From Abditibacteriaceae bacterium (GTDB taxonomy: Bacteria; Armatimonadota; Abditibacteriia; Abditibacteriales; Abditibacteriaceae): a DNA stretch of 32,915 nucleotides. The position numbers and the translations under genes are program-made. Positions 8,938 to 16,699 of this stretch are shown here, piece after piece. Every line of letters begins with the position of its first letter. The stretch's first letter is position 1. The DNA lies in contig JANPJS010000063.1 in the NCBI GenBank assembly GCA_031425655.1, positions 1 to 32,915 on the forward strand, read 5' to 3'. The notes under the pieces were generated by a model, which ran no database searches, was not told where the DNA came from, and saw only the letters and a list, made by a program, of their open reading frames with translations.

Positions 8938-11541
8938 TCATCCGAAATTCGGCGGCTCGATGCGGCGCACAAAACTCAGTGCCGACAGCGCGTCAAGCTG
9001 TTTCACGCTGATCGTGCCGAGCAGCAGTTTTTTCGGCGTCAGCGTGGCCGCGAGGTCGAAGCCGAGCGCCTTGAGTTTCGCCAAACCGTCCGACGGCAGC
9101 GCGTTGAGCCAGATTTGAATCTCGATTTTGCCGTTTTTCACGCCCGGCAGCGGTGTTTTTTGCAGAGCGGGCGCCAGTTTGGCCTTTCGCAGTGCGGCGC
9201 GGCGCTCATCGGGCTTCATCGCGGCGAGCTTCTTTTGCGCGGCGGCAGTGCCGTCTATAACTTCGGAGTCGAACGCCAATTCGCTTTTCTTTTCGTCTGA
9301 ATCCAATAAGCTTTTCAGAGCAACTATGGCGTTTGGCTGCGGCGAATGAATGACAGGTGCGTTGAGTGCGGGTAATGGAGTGGTCGGCGGGGCCGGACGC
9401 GCCGCCGTCGCGCCTGCGGGCATAGGTAAACCAAGCGCGCCGCCCCCGCCGCCACTTCCAGCTATAATCGCTCCTCTGAGGCTTGGCATGGGCGATTTGG
9501 CTCTGGAAAATCTCGTAGTTACACCGCGCGAAAAATAGGCTGTCGCAGTTTCGTCTGCCTCGCCGAAAATGCCTTCGTAGGAAACGCCGTCCGGCATTTC
9601 GACCGGCACGTTGACGGTGCGCTGCTGACCGCCGACGTTGACCACGCGCTGCTCGACCGCCACGAACGAGGTATACGCGCTCATCAGGCGATATTCCAGC
9701 GCCAAGTCGGTGATTTGCGCGGCGGCGTTGCCCGCAGGATGCTGATAATTATCAATTTCGATGTCATCCATCTTCGAGCGTGCCCACAACGACGGCAAGG
9801 CTTCGCCGCTTTCCGAGGGCGTGTCCGGCAGATCAATCGGAATAATCTGTTGCCACGGCTTGCCACGCAGCAAACCTTTGAGCGTAACCGCGCCTTTCGT
9901 GGCGTATTTGTAGCGGCCCTTGAGAATAATGGGCTTTTCCGAAAACACGTCGGGGATGTATTTCGGCAGCACGTCCTGCACCGGCAGACCGCCCCAATCC
10001 ACGCTCACATCCAGCAAAAGCGGCTGCGCGATGCGGTTGTAGAAACGCTTCGCTATCGCTTTGCCGTCTTCATCTAAGGTGATGATGTCCGCTTCGCCGC
10101 GACCTTCACGCGCCATGCCTTCGATTAAGTAGCGATTCACGCTGTTGCCGGTGCCGAACGGGAAAATCCGCACCTCGCCGCGATTCTTGGCGATGTGCTG
10201 AATGATCTGCGCGTCGTTGCCAACGTAGCCATCGGTCATGTAGCAAATGATGCGAGGCCGCGCGCGGTCGCCGGGAATTTTGAGCGCGTAATCCATGCTT
10301 TTCAGGATGTCGGTGCCGCCGCTGCCTTCGATGGGCTTGAGCCATTCGAGCGCCTTAGCCACGTTGGCTGCGTTAGCCGGAACCGGCGCCGGGAAGCAGG
10401 GAAACACTTCGGTATTGAAGCCGATGAGCTGAAACGTGTCGTCCGCGTTCAAGTTTTGCAGCGCATAGCTGATAGTTTCTTTAGCTTTGGCGACCGGCGC
10501 GCCGCTTTGCGAGCCAGTCTGGTCAATCACGAAAACCATTTCTTTGGGCGCGACATCTTCGGCTGCGGGCGCCGCCGGTGGCTGCAAAACGATGGTGAAA
10601 AATCCGCCGTCGTTGCCGCTGGGCGCATAAGCGATAACGCCGCCCTGCACCTGCTCGCCCGCGACTTTGTAACGCAGGATGAAATCTTTGTTGGGCAGCG
10701 TGGCCATGTCGCGCAGTTGGATATTGGCGCGCGTGGCGCCGCGCTTTTGCACGTCAATCGGATGCAGCGGCGAGGTGATTTCGCGCAGCGGCAATCCGGC
10801 ATCCAGATTCACTTCGATGGCAATGTCGTGCCCGGCGCGCGTGCCTTTCGCGGTAATCGGCGGCGTGATTTTGCCCGGATTGGTGCCCGCCGAAGTGCCG
10901 CCGGTGTAGCGCGGGCCAACGACGGTTGGAAAAGCCCATTGGTAAACGCCGTCGTCGTATTTGAGCAGGTTTGTGAAGGAAATTTCAATCGTCACATCCT
11001 GCCCCGGCATCAGGTTGGCGACGGCTTGCGTGAAGATATTGGGGCGCTCCTGATCGAGCAGCGCCGCTGCTTGCCCGGCGCTTTTGGCGGCTTCGTAAAT
11101 CTGGCGCGCTTCCTCGCGCTTTTTAATCTGGCCGCGCACCACGCGCTTGCCGATGACCATTTTCATATCGTCCACGGCGGCATCGGCGGGCAACGGAAAA
11201 GTGTAAACCGCTTCGACCGGCGTTTTCGCGGTGTTTTGGAAGGTCTGGCGCACATGAACGCGTCCCACAAATCCGGCGATGTTGGCCTTGACATCGGTGT
11301 GCTTCAGCGGGCAGATTCCCACTTCTTTGCCGCTATTATCGCGCAACACCAGTTCACCGGGCGCCGTTTCGTAATTGGCTTTCGCCAGCATACTTTGAGG
11401 CGGCAGCGTCGCCAGCGCGGTTTTTGGTGCGCTCGGCTTTGAGATGGTCGGTTTCGACGGCGCGGCGGCTAATTGCCACGCGCCGCCTAATGCAACAGCA
11501 CCCACGAAGAATGCGGCGCCACGTGCGGATGAGTGAGACAT
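8938..11541 (-). CDS. Secreted VIT + von Willebrand A domain protein
   Basis: VIT domain (VRQTFQN...EAVYTFPLP...EEARQIYE), vWA domain (VFVIDQTGS, GGT, MTDG) and YTSFVAVE. Signal peptide. AAGGAG RBS before ATG 11541. Confidence 0.9.
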   Translation of the reverse strand: MSHSSARGAAFFVGAVALGGAWQLAAAPSKPTISKPSAPKTALATLPPQSMLAKANYETAPGELVLRDNSGKEVGICPLKHTDVKANIAGFVGRVHVRQTFQNTAKTPVEAVYTFPLPADAAVDDMKMVIGKRVVRGQIKKREEARQIYEAAKSAGQAAALLDQERPNIFTQAVANLMPGQDVTIEISFTNLLKYDDGVYQWAFPTVVGPRYTGGTSAGTNPGKITPPITAKGTRAGHDIAIEVNLDAGLPLREITSPLHPIDVQKRGATRANIQLRDMATLPNKDFILRYKVAGEQVQGGVIAYAPSGNDGGFFTIVLQPPAAPAAEDVAPKEMVFVIDQTGSQSGAPVAKAKETISYALQNLNADDTFQLIGFNTEVFPCFPAPVPANAANVAKALEWLKPIEGSGGTDILKSMDYALKIPGDRARPRIICYMTDGYVGNDAQIIQHIAKNRGEVRIFPFGTGNSVNRYLIEGMAREGRGEADIITLDEDGKAIAKRFYNRIAQPLLLDVSVDWGGLPVQDVLPKYIPDVFSEKPIILKGRYKYATKGAVTLKGLLRGKPWQQIIPIDLPDTPSESGEALPSLWARSKMDDIEIDNYQHPAGNAAAQITDLALEYRLMSAYTSFVAVEQRVVNVGGQQRTVNVPVEMPDGVSYEGIFGEADETATAYFSRGVTTRFSRAKSPMPSLRGAIIAGSGGGGGALGLPMPAGATAARPAPPTTPLPALNAPVIHSPQPNAIVALKSLLDSDEKKSELAFDSEVIDGTAAAQKKLAAMKPDERRAALRKAKLAPALQKTPLPGVKNGKIEIQIWLNALPSDGLAKLKALGFDLAATLTPKKLLLGTISVKQLDALSALSFVRRIEPPNFG

Positions 11542-11572
11542 GATTTCTCCTTCCAGCAAACGAATTGGCGCC

Positions 11573-11601
11573 ATTGACCCGGAGAATTCTGTTTTTGTTC
11601 C
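11573..11601 (-). promoter_or_regulatory. Putative ECF-sigma promoter for the VIT/vWA gene
   Basis: The bottom strand reads GGAACaa-N15-GGTCAAT, resembling the sigmaE-type GGAAC...GTCAA consensus, ~30 nt upstream of the start. Confidence 0.4.
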
Positions 11602-11643
11602 GCAAGCGTGGAAGAGCGACGAAGTTGCTCTTCACTCGCACAA

Positions 11644-11923
11644 AAAGCGGGGCTGACGCCTCCTTCCAATCAACAACTCACGTTACGCAATTGAGATTTA
11701 AGAGCGACTTTGTCGCTCATGGAAACCCCCAACCCCCTTGGTAAGGGGGCTATATTCTTACGCTTTGGGAGAAAATAAGCTGGATTTCTCCCTCCAAGTA
11801 ACGATTTAGCCCCCTTACCAAGGGGGTTGGGGGTTTCCATGAGCGACAAAGTCGCTCTTAAATCTCAACCGCATAACATCAATCAACAACATTCGGATTG
11901 GAAAAGGGCGTCAGCCCCGCTTT
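11644..11923. repeat. Outer REP-like hairpin interrupted by MITE copy 2
   Basis: Arms AAAGCGGGGCTGACGCCTCCTTCCAATC (11644-11671) and GATTGGAAAAGGGCGTCAGCCCCGCTTT (11896-11923). Confidence 0.85.
11678..11881. mobile_element. MITE-like long palindrome, copy 2, with target-site duplication
   Basis: Long inverted arms flanked by the direct repeat ATCAACAAC (11669-11677 and 11882-11890). Homologous to 8002-8245. Confidence 0.8.
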
Positions 11924-12043
11924 GCTAATTTCTATGAGCGTATCTAAAACGAACGTTTTCAGGACAGCCGTAAAGACGGCATTTTGACGATGGGCGGGAA
12001 GCTGCGGAGAGAGCTAATTGCCGGTCGAAGATTAGGCACCGCA

Positions 12044-12253
12044 TCACGGCTTGCGCGCATACGATTCCAGATAGCCGCAGTTGGCGCAGCAAAAAGTGAC
12101 GACATTCCAGACTTTGTCTTTGGACGGAATTTTATTTCCCGTCAGCCATGATGGCTCAGGTGCGCCTTCTGTCCATTGCACGGGTCGGATGCCTTGACCT
12201 TGTTCCGAAATCCAACCCTCTTTCATATCCGCGTTGCATTTGGGGCATTTCAT
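12044..12253 (-). CDS. Small zinc-ribbon protein (PF20097/DUF6487-like)
   Basis: MKCPKC..DMKEGWI...W.EG.P...CANCGYLESYA. Confidence 0.75.
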   Translation of the reverse strand: MKCPKCNADMKEGWISEQGQGIRPVQWTEGAPEPSWLTGNKIPSKDKVWNVVTFCCANCGYLESYARKP

Positions 12254-12394
12254 ATATCTCGCATTTTATCATCTTTGGCGCTCTCGCATTTCCTGACGAT
12301 GTTGGTCATGCTATCCATAACCGCGACCGACTAATGCGAACGAATCTGTTAGTAGGCGTATCGTAACAGGTTTAAACGGTTCCGCTACTCCCGT

Positions 12395-12468
12395 AAACGA
12401 ACCCAGAGCGTAAGCGACGGGCTTTTCGCTAAGGTGTTAAGCCCGTCGCTTACGCTCTGGGTTCGTTT
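12395..12468. repeat. REP-like inverted repeat
   Basis: Perfect 30-bp arms AAACGAACCCAGAGCGTAAGCGACGGGCTT with a 14-nt loop. Confidence 0.9.
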
Positions 12469-12484
12469 CGGTTCGTATGCGTTT

Positions 12485-13444
12485 TTACGGCGTGAGTTTT
12501 TTGGCGTCGGAGCCTTTTTCGTGGCCGTCGGTGGTGACGACGTAGACCTTGCCCCACACCGTCGAACCCGTCGGCAAATACTGCGCGCCGACCGTGAATT
12601 CTTGCACGTTAGGCGCTAAGTCGCCGATGGAAACTTCGCCGTCGCTTTTGTATTTCGGCCCGGCGCTGATGCGAAAGCTGTAACGCTCTAAATCGGGCGC
12701 CGTTGTGGCCGTCCATGTGGCGTGCGCGGTGTGATTGGCGGCGTCTACCGTCACGCTGAGCGCCACGGCTTCGGGCGTGGTGCCGGTGGCGCGCGGGTTG
12801 ACAGTCGGCAGGTTGAGCACGAAAGGGCTGTCGGCGGGATATTCGGCTAAAATGGCGCGGCGATATTCGGCAAAGATGTCTTTCACTTCGCGCGCTGCGT
12901 TGTCGCGCTGATCGTGGAGAATCGGCAGCGTGCCGTCTAAGGTGCCGATGGCCGTTACTTTGTCGCTGAGCGTCGAAACCAGCGTGTCGAAGGAGGCGCG
13001 CGTCCAGCCGTCGCGGGTGAGAAGCGGGTCGTCGCCGCGCGCCACATTGATGGCCTCCCAACGTGCCGAAACGCGGCCATAGACTGTCAACAGGTCGGCG
13101 TCGGCGGCTTTTTGTTGCGGGAGCGTCGGCAGGTCGGCGAGGAGCGAGTCGCCCTCCATTTGATAAAGCGCCGCTTTGCGCCACGCATCCATGCCATCGC
13201 GGGTTTGGGTGCGCAGTCCGTCGCGTTGTGCGGCTAAAACCACACGATTCTGGTCTTTGGCGTCGCTTTCGGCGATTCTGTCGTCCAAAACGGCGATTTT
13301 GGACTGGAAATCGAGCAAAGTCACGTCCGATTTGAGCACAAGGGCCGTTTTTCCGTTGGCGACGCGGTCGGCATTAACTGCCGTCCAACTGTTTACGAAC
13401 AGCGGCGCCCGCTCTTTGACCTGATTAGCCAGCACTCTTTCCAT
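12485..13444 (-). CDS. Hypothetical protein: two tandem helical repeats plus a C-terminal beta-rich (FN3-like) domain
   Basis: AAGGAG RBS, host-like codon usage and an internal duplication. C-terminal ATWTA..PDLERYS...VYVVTTDGHEKGS resembles an FN3-type beta sandwich. Confidence 0.75.
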   Translation of the reverse strand: MERVLANQVKERAPLFVNSWTAVNADRVANGKTALVLKSDVTLLDFQSKIAVLDDRIAESDAKDQNRVVLAAQRDGLRTQTRDGMDAWRKAALYQMEGDSLLADLPTLPQQKAADADLLTVYGRVSARWEAINVARGDDPLLTRDGWTRASFDTLVSTLSDKVTAIGTLDGTLPILHDQRDNAAREVKDIFAEYRRAILAEYPADSPFVLNLPTVNPRATGTTPEAVALSVTVDAANHTAHATWTATTAPDLERYSFRISAGPKYKSDGEVSIGDLAPNVQEFTVGAQYLPTGSTVWGKVYVVTTDGHEKGSDAKKLTP

Positions 13445-13546
13445 GACATTCTCCTTCCTAACGAGACAACAAAATGGTTCTTTAGCTTGACCTGTGTCTT
13501 TGATGGCTTAACGGGCTGCTACGATGGCTCAACATCACATTATTGT

Positions 13547-13714
13547 AATGATACTGGAATGTTTAGTCGCAATAATGCCATGTTGAGCGAGGATAATGGC
13601 AGGTTAAGCGACAGTAACACCCAGTTCAGCGAGGATAATAGCAAGTCAAGCGAGCGTAACGGCAAGTCAAGCGACAGTAACAGCAGGTCAAGCGACAAGA
13701 ATCGGAAGTTGAGC
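13547..13714. repeat. Degenerate 21-bp tandem array, 8 units
   Basis: Units such as GAGGATAATGGCAGGTTAAGC, GACAGTAACACCCAGTTCAGC, GAGCGTAACGGCAAGTCAAGC and GACAGTAACAGCAGGTCAAGC. Confidence 0.85.
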
Positions 13715-13748
13715 GACCACAGGGGCCGCCCCTACAGTTCGGCTGAGA

Positions 13749-13840
13749 CAATTGTAGCAAGCGGCGGCGGCGTTGTCAGCAAGTCGGTTTTAAGTAGCAC
13801 GCAATCGACCGCAATCCTTCCGCATAATTACGAGTTGGGC
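13749..13840 (+). repeat. Repeat A copy 1: promoter block plus attI-like simple site
   Basis: 52/57 identity (13749-13805 vs 15941-15997) and 25/28 identity (13809-13836 vs 16041-16068). Ends in GCATAAT-TACGA-GTTGGGC. Confidence 0.85.
13751..13779 (-). promoter_or_regulatory. Leftward sigma70-type promoter within repeat A1
   Basis: Bottom strand CTGACA-N17-TACAAT with a TGn extended -10. Confidence 0.65.
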
Positions 13841-13859
13841 CGGTGCGCGCAGTTTGGTT

Positions 13860-13959
13860 ACTACATCCGACCGCCGCCAGCTTGGTTCTTTGCGCGATGT
13901 TCCGGGTAAACTGTGTCCAAGTGGCGTCTGCGCGGCGGAGGGTGAGTCTGGCGTTGGGC
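13860..13959 (+). other. attC-like recombination site remnant (R'' box missing or degenerate)
   Basis: L''-like ACTACATC pairs with L'-like GGTGAGT (13941-13947), leaving one extrahelical base. Stems CCGCCGC/GCGGCGG and CTTGG/CCAAG. A 5-nt spacer then GTTGGGC (GTTRRRY) at 13953-13959. Confidence 0.6.
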
Positions 13960-14017
13960 AGTAGTAGGCCGACGGAACGGAGCAGTCACCAATTATTAAA
14001 AAGTAAAATAACCCCAC

Positions 14018-15001
14018 ATGGCTAACAAATCGCATTTCAATAGTGGCCACATAGCACTAAATCAATTGAAAAAGAATGGAGCTTCGCATAGTTCTACAAT
14101 CACTGGAATTTCAACGCCTCATACGGTTCATGGTGTCTTTATCCAAGATGCGGTTGAGTTTTTGAAGACATTGCCTGATTCATCAGTTCAGCTAATTCTA
14201 ATAGACCCGCCCTATAATCTTGATCTTGACAAGTGGGATACATTCAACAACTATCTCGATTGGGCAAAAGCATGGTTGGATGAAATTTACCGTGTGTTAT
14301 CTGATTCAGGTAACTGTGTCATTTTTGGCGGCTTCCAGTATCAGGATTTAAAGAAGGGAGACCTCCTTGAAATACTCCATTACACTCGCCATGAAACAGC
14401 TTTGCGATTTGTCAATCTTGTTATTTGGTATTACAAAAACGGTATGAGTGCGCATCGTTTTTTTGCCAACAGGCATGAAGAAGCAATTTGGCTCTCCAAA
14501 ACGAAGAAATACTATTTCGACTTGGACTCTGTTAGGGTGCCCTTTGATGAGGCGACAAAAGAGATTTACAAAAAAGATAAGCGTCTCAATCCTGAAAGCA
14601 TTGAAAAGGGGAAAAATCCTACAAATGTTTGGGAGATAGGAAGGCTAAACGGCAATTCGAGGGAGAGGGTTGGTCATTTAACGCAAAAGCCCGCCGAACT
14701 TATCCGGCGTTTTGTTAAGGCTCTGTCCTTTGAGGGTTCGATAGTCCTCGACTTTTTTGCCGGGTCTGGAACAACGGGACGTGTTTGCATAGAAGAGCGA
14801 CGGCATTCACTCTTAGTGGATTCAGATAATAAACTGCACGGTTATTTAGATGAACACATTAAGCAGATCAAATCGAATCTGTTCCTGCCTAAATACACTC
14901 TAATGACAGACTCCAACATTGATGCCGTGCTCGAAGAGATTGCTTTTGCGAATCAACAACTGCAAAAAAATCTGGTTGTAAAGGATTGTCCCAATGAGTA
15001 A
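14018..15001 (+). CDS. Beta-class N6-adenine DNA methyltransferase, M.RsrI-like
   Basis: DPPY precedes HLTQKP and LDFFAGSGTT (beta order). The N-terminus MANKSHFNSGH resembles M.RsrI as I recall it. Visibly AT-richer than the host genes. Confidence 0.9.
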   Translation: MANKSHFNSGHIALNQLKKNGASHSSTITGISTPHTVHGVFIQDAVEFLKTLPDSSVQLILIDPPYNLDLDKWDTFNNYLDWAKAWLDEIYRVLSDSGNCVIFGGFQYQDLKKGDLLEILHYTRHETALRFVNLVIWYYKNGMSAHRFFANRHEEAIWLSKTKKYYFDLDSVRVPFDEATKEIYKKDKRLNPESIEKGKNPTNVWEIGRLNGNSRERVGHLTQKPAELIRRFVKALSFEGSIVLDFFAGSGTTGRVCIEERRHSLLVDSDNKLHGYLDEHIKQIKSNLFLPKYTLMTDSNIDAVLEEIAFANQQLQKNLVVKDCPNE

Positions 15002-15797
15002 AAGACAAACAGGACGGCTAACCAACCAGCATATATCATCGGGAGGCGCTAGCGGTATCTTTGGCGCAGATGCTCAGGCGCATGACAAGTTTGTCGGTCG
15101 TGCAAGTTTGAACGTATTCGAGAAGCTTAAGCAACAATATCCGAGATACCAATTTAGATTTAGAACATCGCTCAGCAAACAGGAGATAAATGAAAAGCTA
15201 AACTCAATTGATAAGCGATTGGGAGAAACTCTTTTCGTAAAAATTTCAAGTATCAAACCTGATGGAGGAATTATCGAGGTTCAGGACAAAGATAATAAAT
15301 GGCGGGTAGTTTTAGTTAGCGAAGCAAAGTTTCAGGGGAAAGATATTGAAAACATTACAGCAGGGACACTTGTTGGGAAGAACAAAGATCAAGTGTTCAT
15401 GGCAGCGGGGAATGCAATCGAAAGAGTTTACAAAAACATTAATGAAATTAGGAATTTCATGCTGGACGAAAATCATTTCCCGTATGCAGTATTTTTGCAA
15501 GGCTCGAACTTTGCCACTGAAGTTGTTCAGGTGTTCAAACCCGACGGTTCTTTTGTGGAAATTAGACATGACTCAGGTTTATTGAACAGAATTGATAGAG
15601 TAACGGCGGCGAATTATTGCATGAAGATTAACAGCAATTACTGTAAAAATATGTTCATAGCTCACAGTAACTCGTCCATCATGCTTCAAGCAGCTTCCAT
15701 ATACGCAAGATGCGAACTTTGGAAAGAAGATGAAATGGAACAGATTATGATGGATATTGCAAATACATCCATAGGGATTTTAAATCAGTTGGGGTAA
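14994..15797 (+). CDS. EcoRI/RsrI-family type II restriction endonuclease (predicted target GAATTC)
   Basis: IKPDGGIIEV...VVLVSEAK (PD...EAK), MAAGNAIER and HFPYAVFLQGSNF match EcoRI. 8-bp overlap with the MTase gene. Confidence 0.93.
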   Translation: MSKRQTGRLTNQHISSGGASGIFGADAQAHDKFVGRASLNVFEKLKQQYPRYQFRFRTSLSKQEINEKLNSIDKRLGETLFVKISSIKPDGGIIEVQDKDNKWRVVLVSEAKFQGKDIENITAGTLVGKNKDQVFMAAGNAIERVYKNINEIRNFMLDENHFPYAVFLQGSNFATEVVQVFKPDGSFVEIRHDSGLLNRIDRVTAANYCMKINSNYCKNMFIAHSNSSIMLQAASIYARCELWKEDEMEQIMMDIANTSIGILNQLG

Positions 15798-15798
15798 C

Positions 15799-15836
15799 AC
15801 AAGAGATTCTTTTGGCAATGGGTAAAACGACCTCTT
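15799..15836 (+). repeat. Repeat B copy 1
   Basis: ACAAGAGATTCTTTTGGCAATGGGTAAAACGACCTCTT, 34/38 identical to 16700-16737. Both copies are followed by a T-run and GCCTCTCC. Confidence 0.85.
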
Positions 15837-15854
15837 TTTTGCCTCTCCTTTTAG

Positions 15855-15886
15855 GCGCGCTTCTCCGGCGAGAAGCGCGCTTTTTT
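15855..15886 (+). terminator. Rho-independent terminator after the R-M operon
   Basis: GCGCGCTTCTC-cggc-GAGAAGCGCGC-TTTTTT. Confidence 0.85.
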
Positions 15887-15940
15887 GTGTGTCGGATATG
15901 ACGCGGCGTTTTGACGATGAGCGTGCGCTGAAATTCACGC

Positions 15941-16072
15941 CAATCGTAGCAAGCGACGGCGGCGTTGTCAGCAAGGCGGTTCTCAGTAGCACGCAATTTT
16001 AGTGATCCAGATTCCATCATACAAGCGATCAAGCGATTATCCGCAATCCTTCCGCATAACTACTTGTTCTGT
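15941..16072 (+). repeat. Repeat A copy 2: promoter block plus attI-like simple site
   Basis: Same two blocks as A1, separated by an extra ~40 bp. Ends in GCATAAC-TACTT-GTTCTGT. Bottom strand CTGACA-N17-TACGAT. Confidence 0.85.
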
Positions 16073-16139
16073 CGATTGTGCGTGGCGCTTCTGAAATTGG
16101 AAGTGCAAAAAGATAAAATAGAAGGCGAAGAGGTGCGAT

Positions 16140-16355
16140 ATGCAAGCTCAAGAATTAATTATTTCTTCGCCAGATGTTTTGGGTGGCACGCCAGTTTTCA
16201 TTGGCACTCGCGTTCCGGTCAAGAATTTGACGGATTACATTGAGGCTGGAGATACACTGGATGAGTTTTTGGATGATTTTCCTTCGGTGTCGCGGGAACA
16301 AGCGGTCGAGTTTATAGAACAGGCGAAGGAGGCTTTGCTTGCTCAACTCGCCTAA
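16140..16355 (+). CDS. DUF433 antitoxin
   Basis: IISSPDVLGGTPVFIGTRVPV...GDTLDEFLDDFPSVSREQ. Confidence 0.92.
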   Translation: MQAQELIISSPDVLGGTPVFIGTRVPVKNLTDYIEAGDTLDEFLDDFPSVSREQAVEFIEQAKEALLAQLA

Positions 16356-16689
16356 TCCGCTTCGTGTTTTATTAGATGAGTGCCTGCCCAAGAAGCTCAA
16401 ACGTGAATTTACAAACTGCATGGTTTCCACCGTTGCTGAAATAGGCTGGGCAGGCAAGAAGAACGGTGAGTTGATGAAAGTCGCTCACGGCCACTTCGAT
16501 GTATTCGTCACGGCTGACCAGAATTTGCAATATCAGCAGAATTTGGCTTATGCGGACATTGGCGTTGTGGTTCTCGTCGCAATCAACAATCGTATTGAAA
16601 CGCTTGCGCCGCTCATGCCGCAGGTTAATGAAGCACTCAAAAGCATCGCAGCCGGTCAGGTTATCGAAATCGAGGCCGCAACCGATTAA
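16339..16689 (+). CDS. DUF5615 PIN-like toxin
   Basis: RVLLDECLP...GWAGKKNGEL...FDVFVTADQNLQYQQNL. TTG start with AAGGAGG 6 nt upstream, overlapping the antitoxin. Confidence 0.9.
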   Translation: MLNSPNPLRVLLDECLPKKLKREFTNCMVSTVAEIGWAGKKNGELMKVAHGHFDVFVTADQNLQYQQNLAYADIGVVVLVAINNRIETLAPLMPQVNEALKSIAAGQVIEIEAATD

Positions 16690-16699
16690 CAGCCACACA

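Noticed and set aside
11930..12390. attC sites around the small zinc-ribbon gene
   Set aside because: GCCTAAT follows the stop on the minus strand, but I found no paired L boxes or terminal GTTRRRY.
13547..13714. CRISPR array
   Set aside because: The units are contiguous degenerate 21-mers with no unique spacers, and no cas genes are present.
13810..13845. Chromosomal dif site
   Set aside because: Only the XerC-like arm matches. The XerD arm (TTATGTTAAAT) is poor and differs between the two copies.
15745..16243. ORFs 15745-16032, 15780-15992 and 15965-16243
   Set aside because: They span repeats A/B and a terminator, and have no recognisable motifs or RBS.
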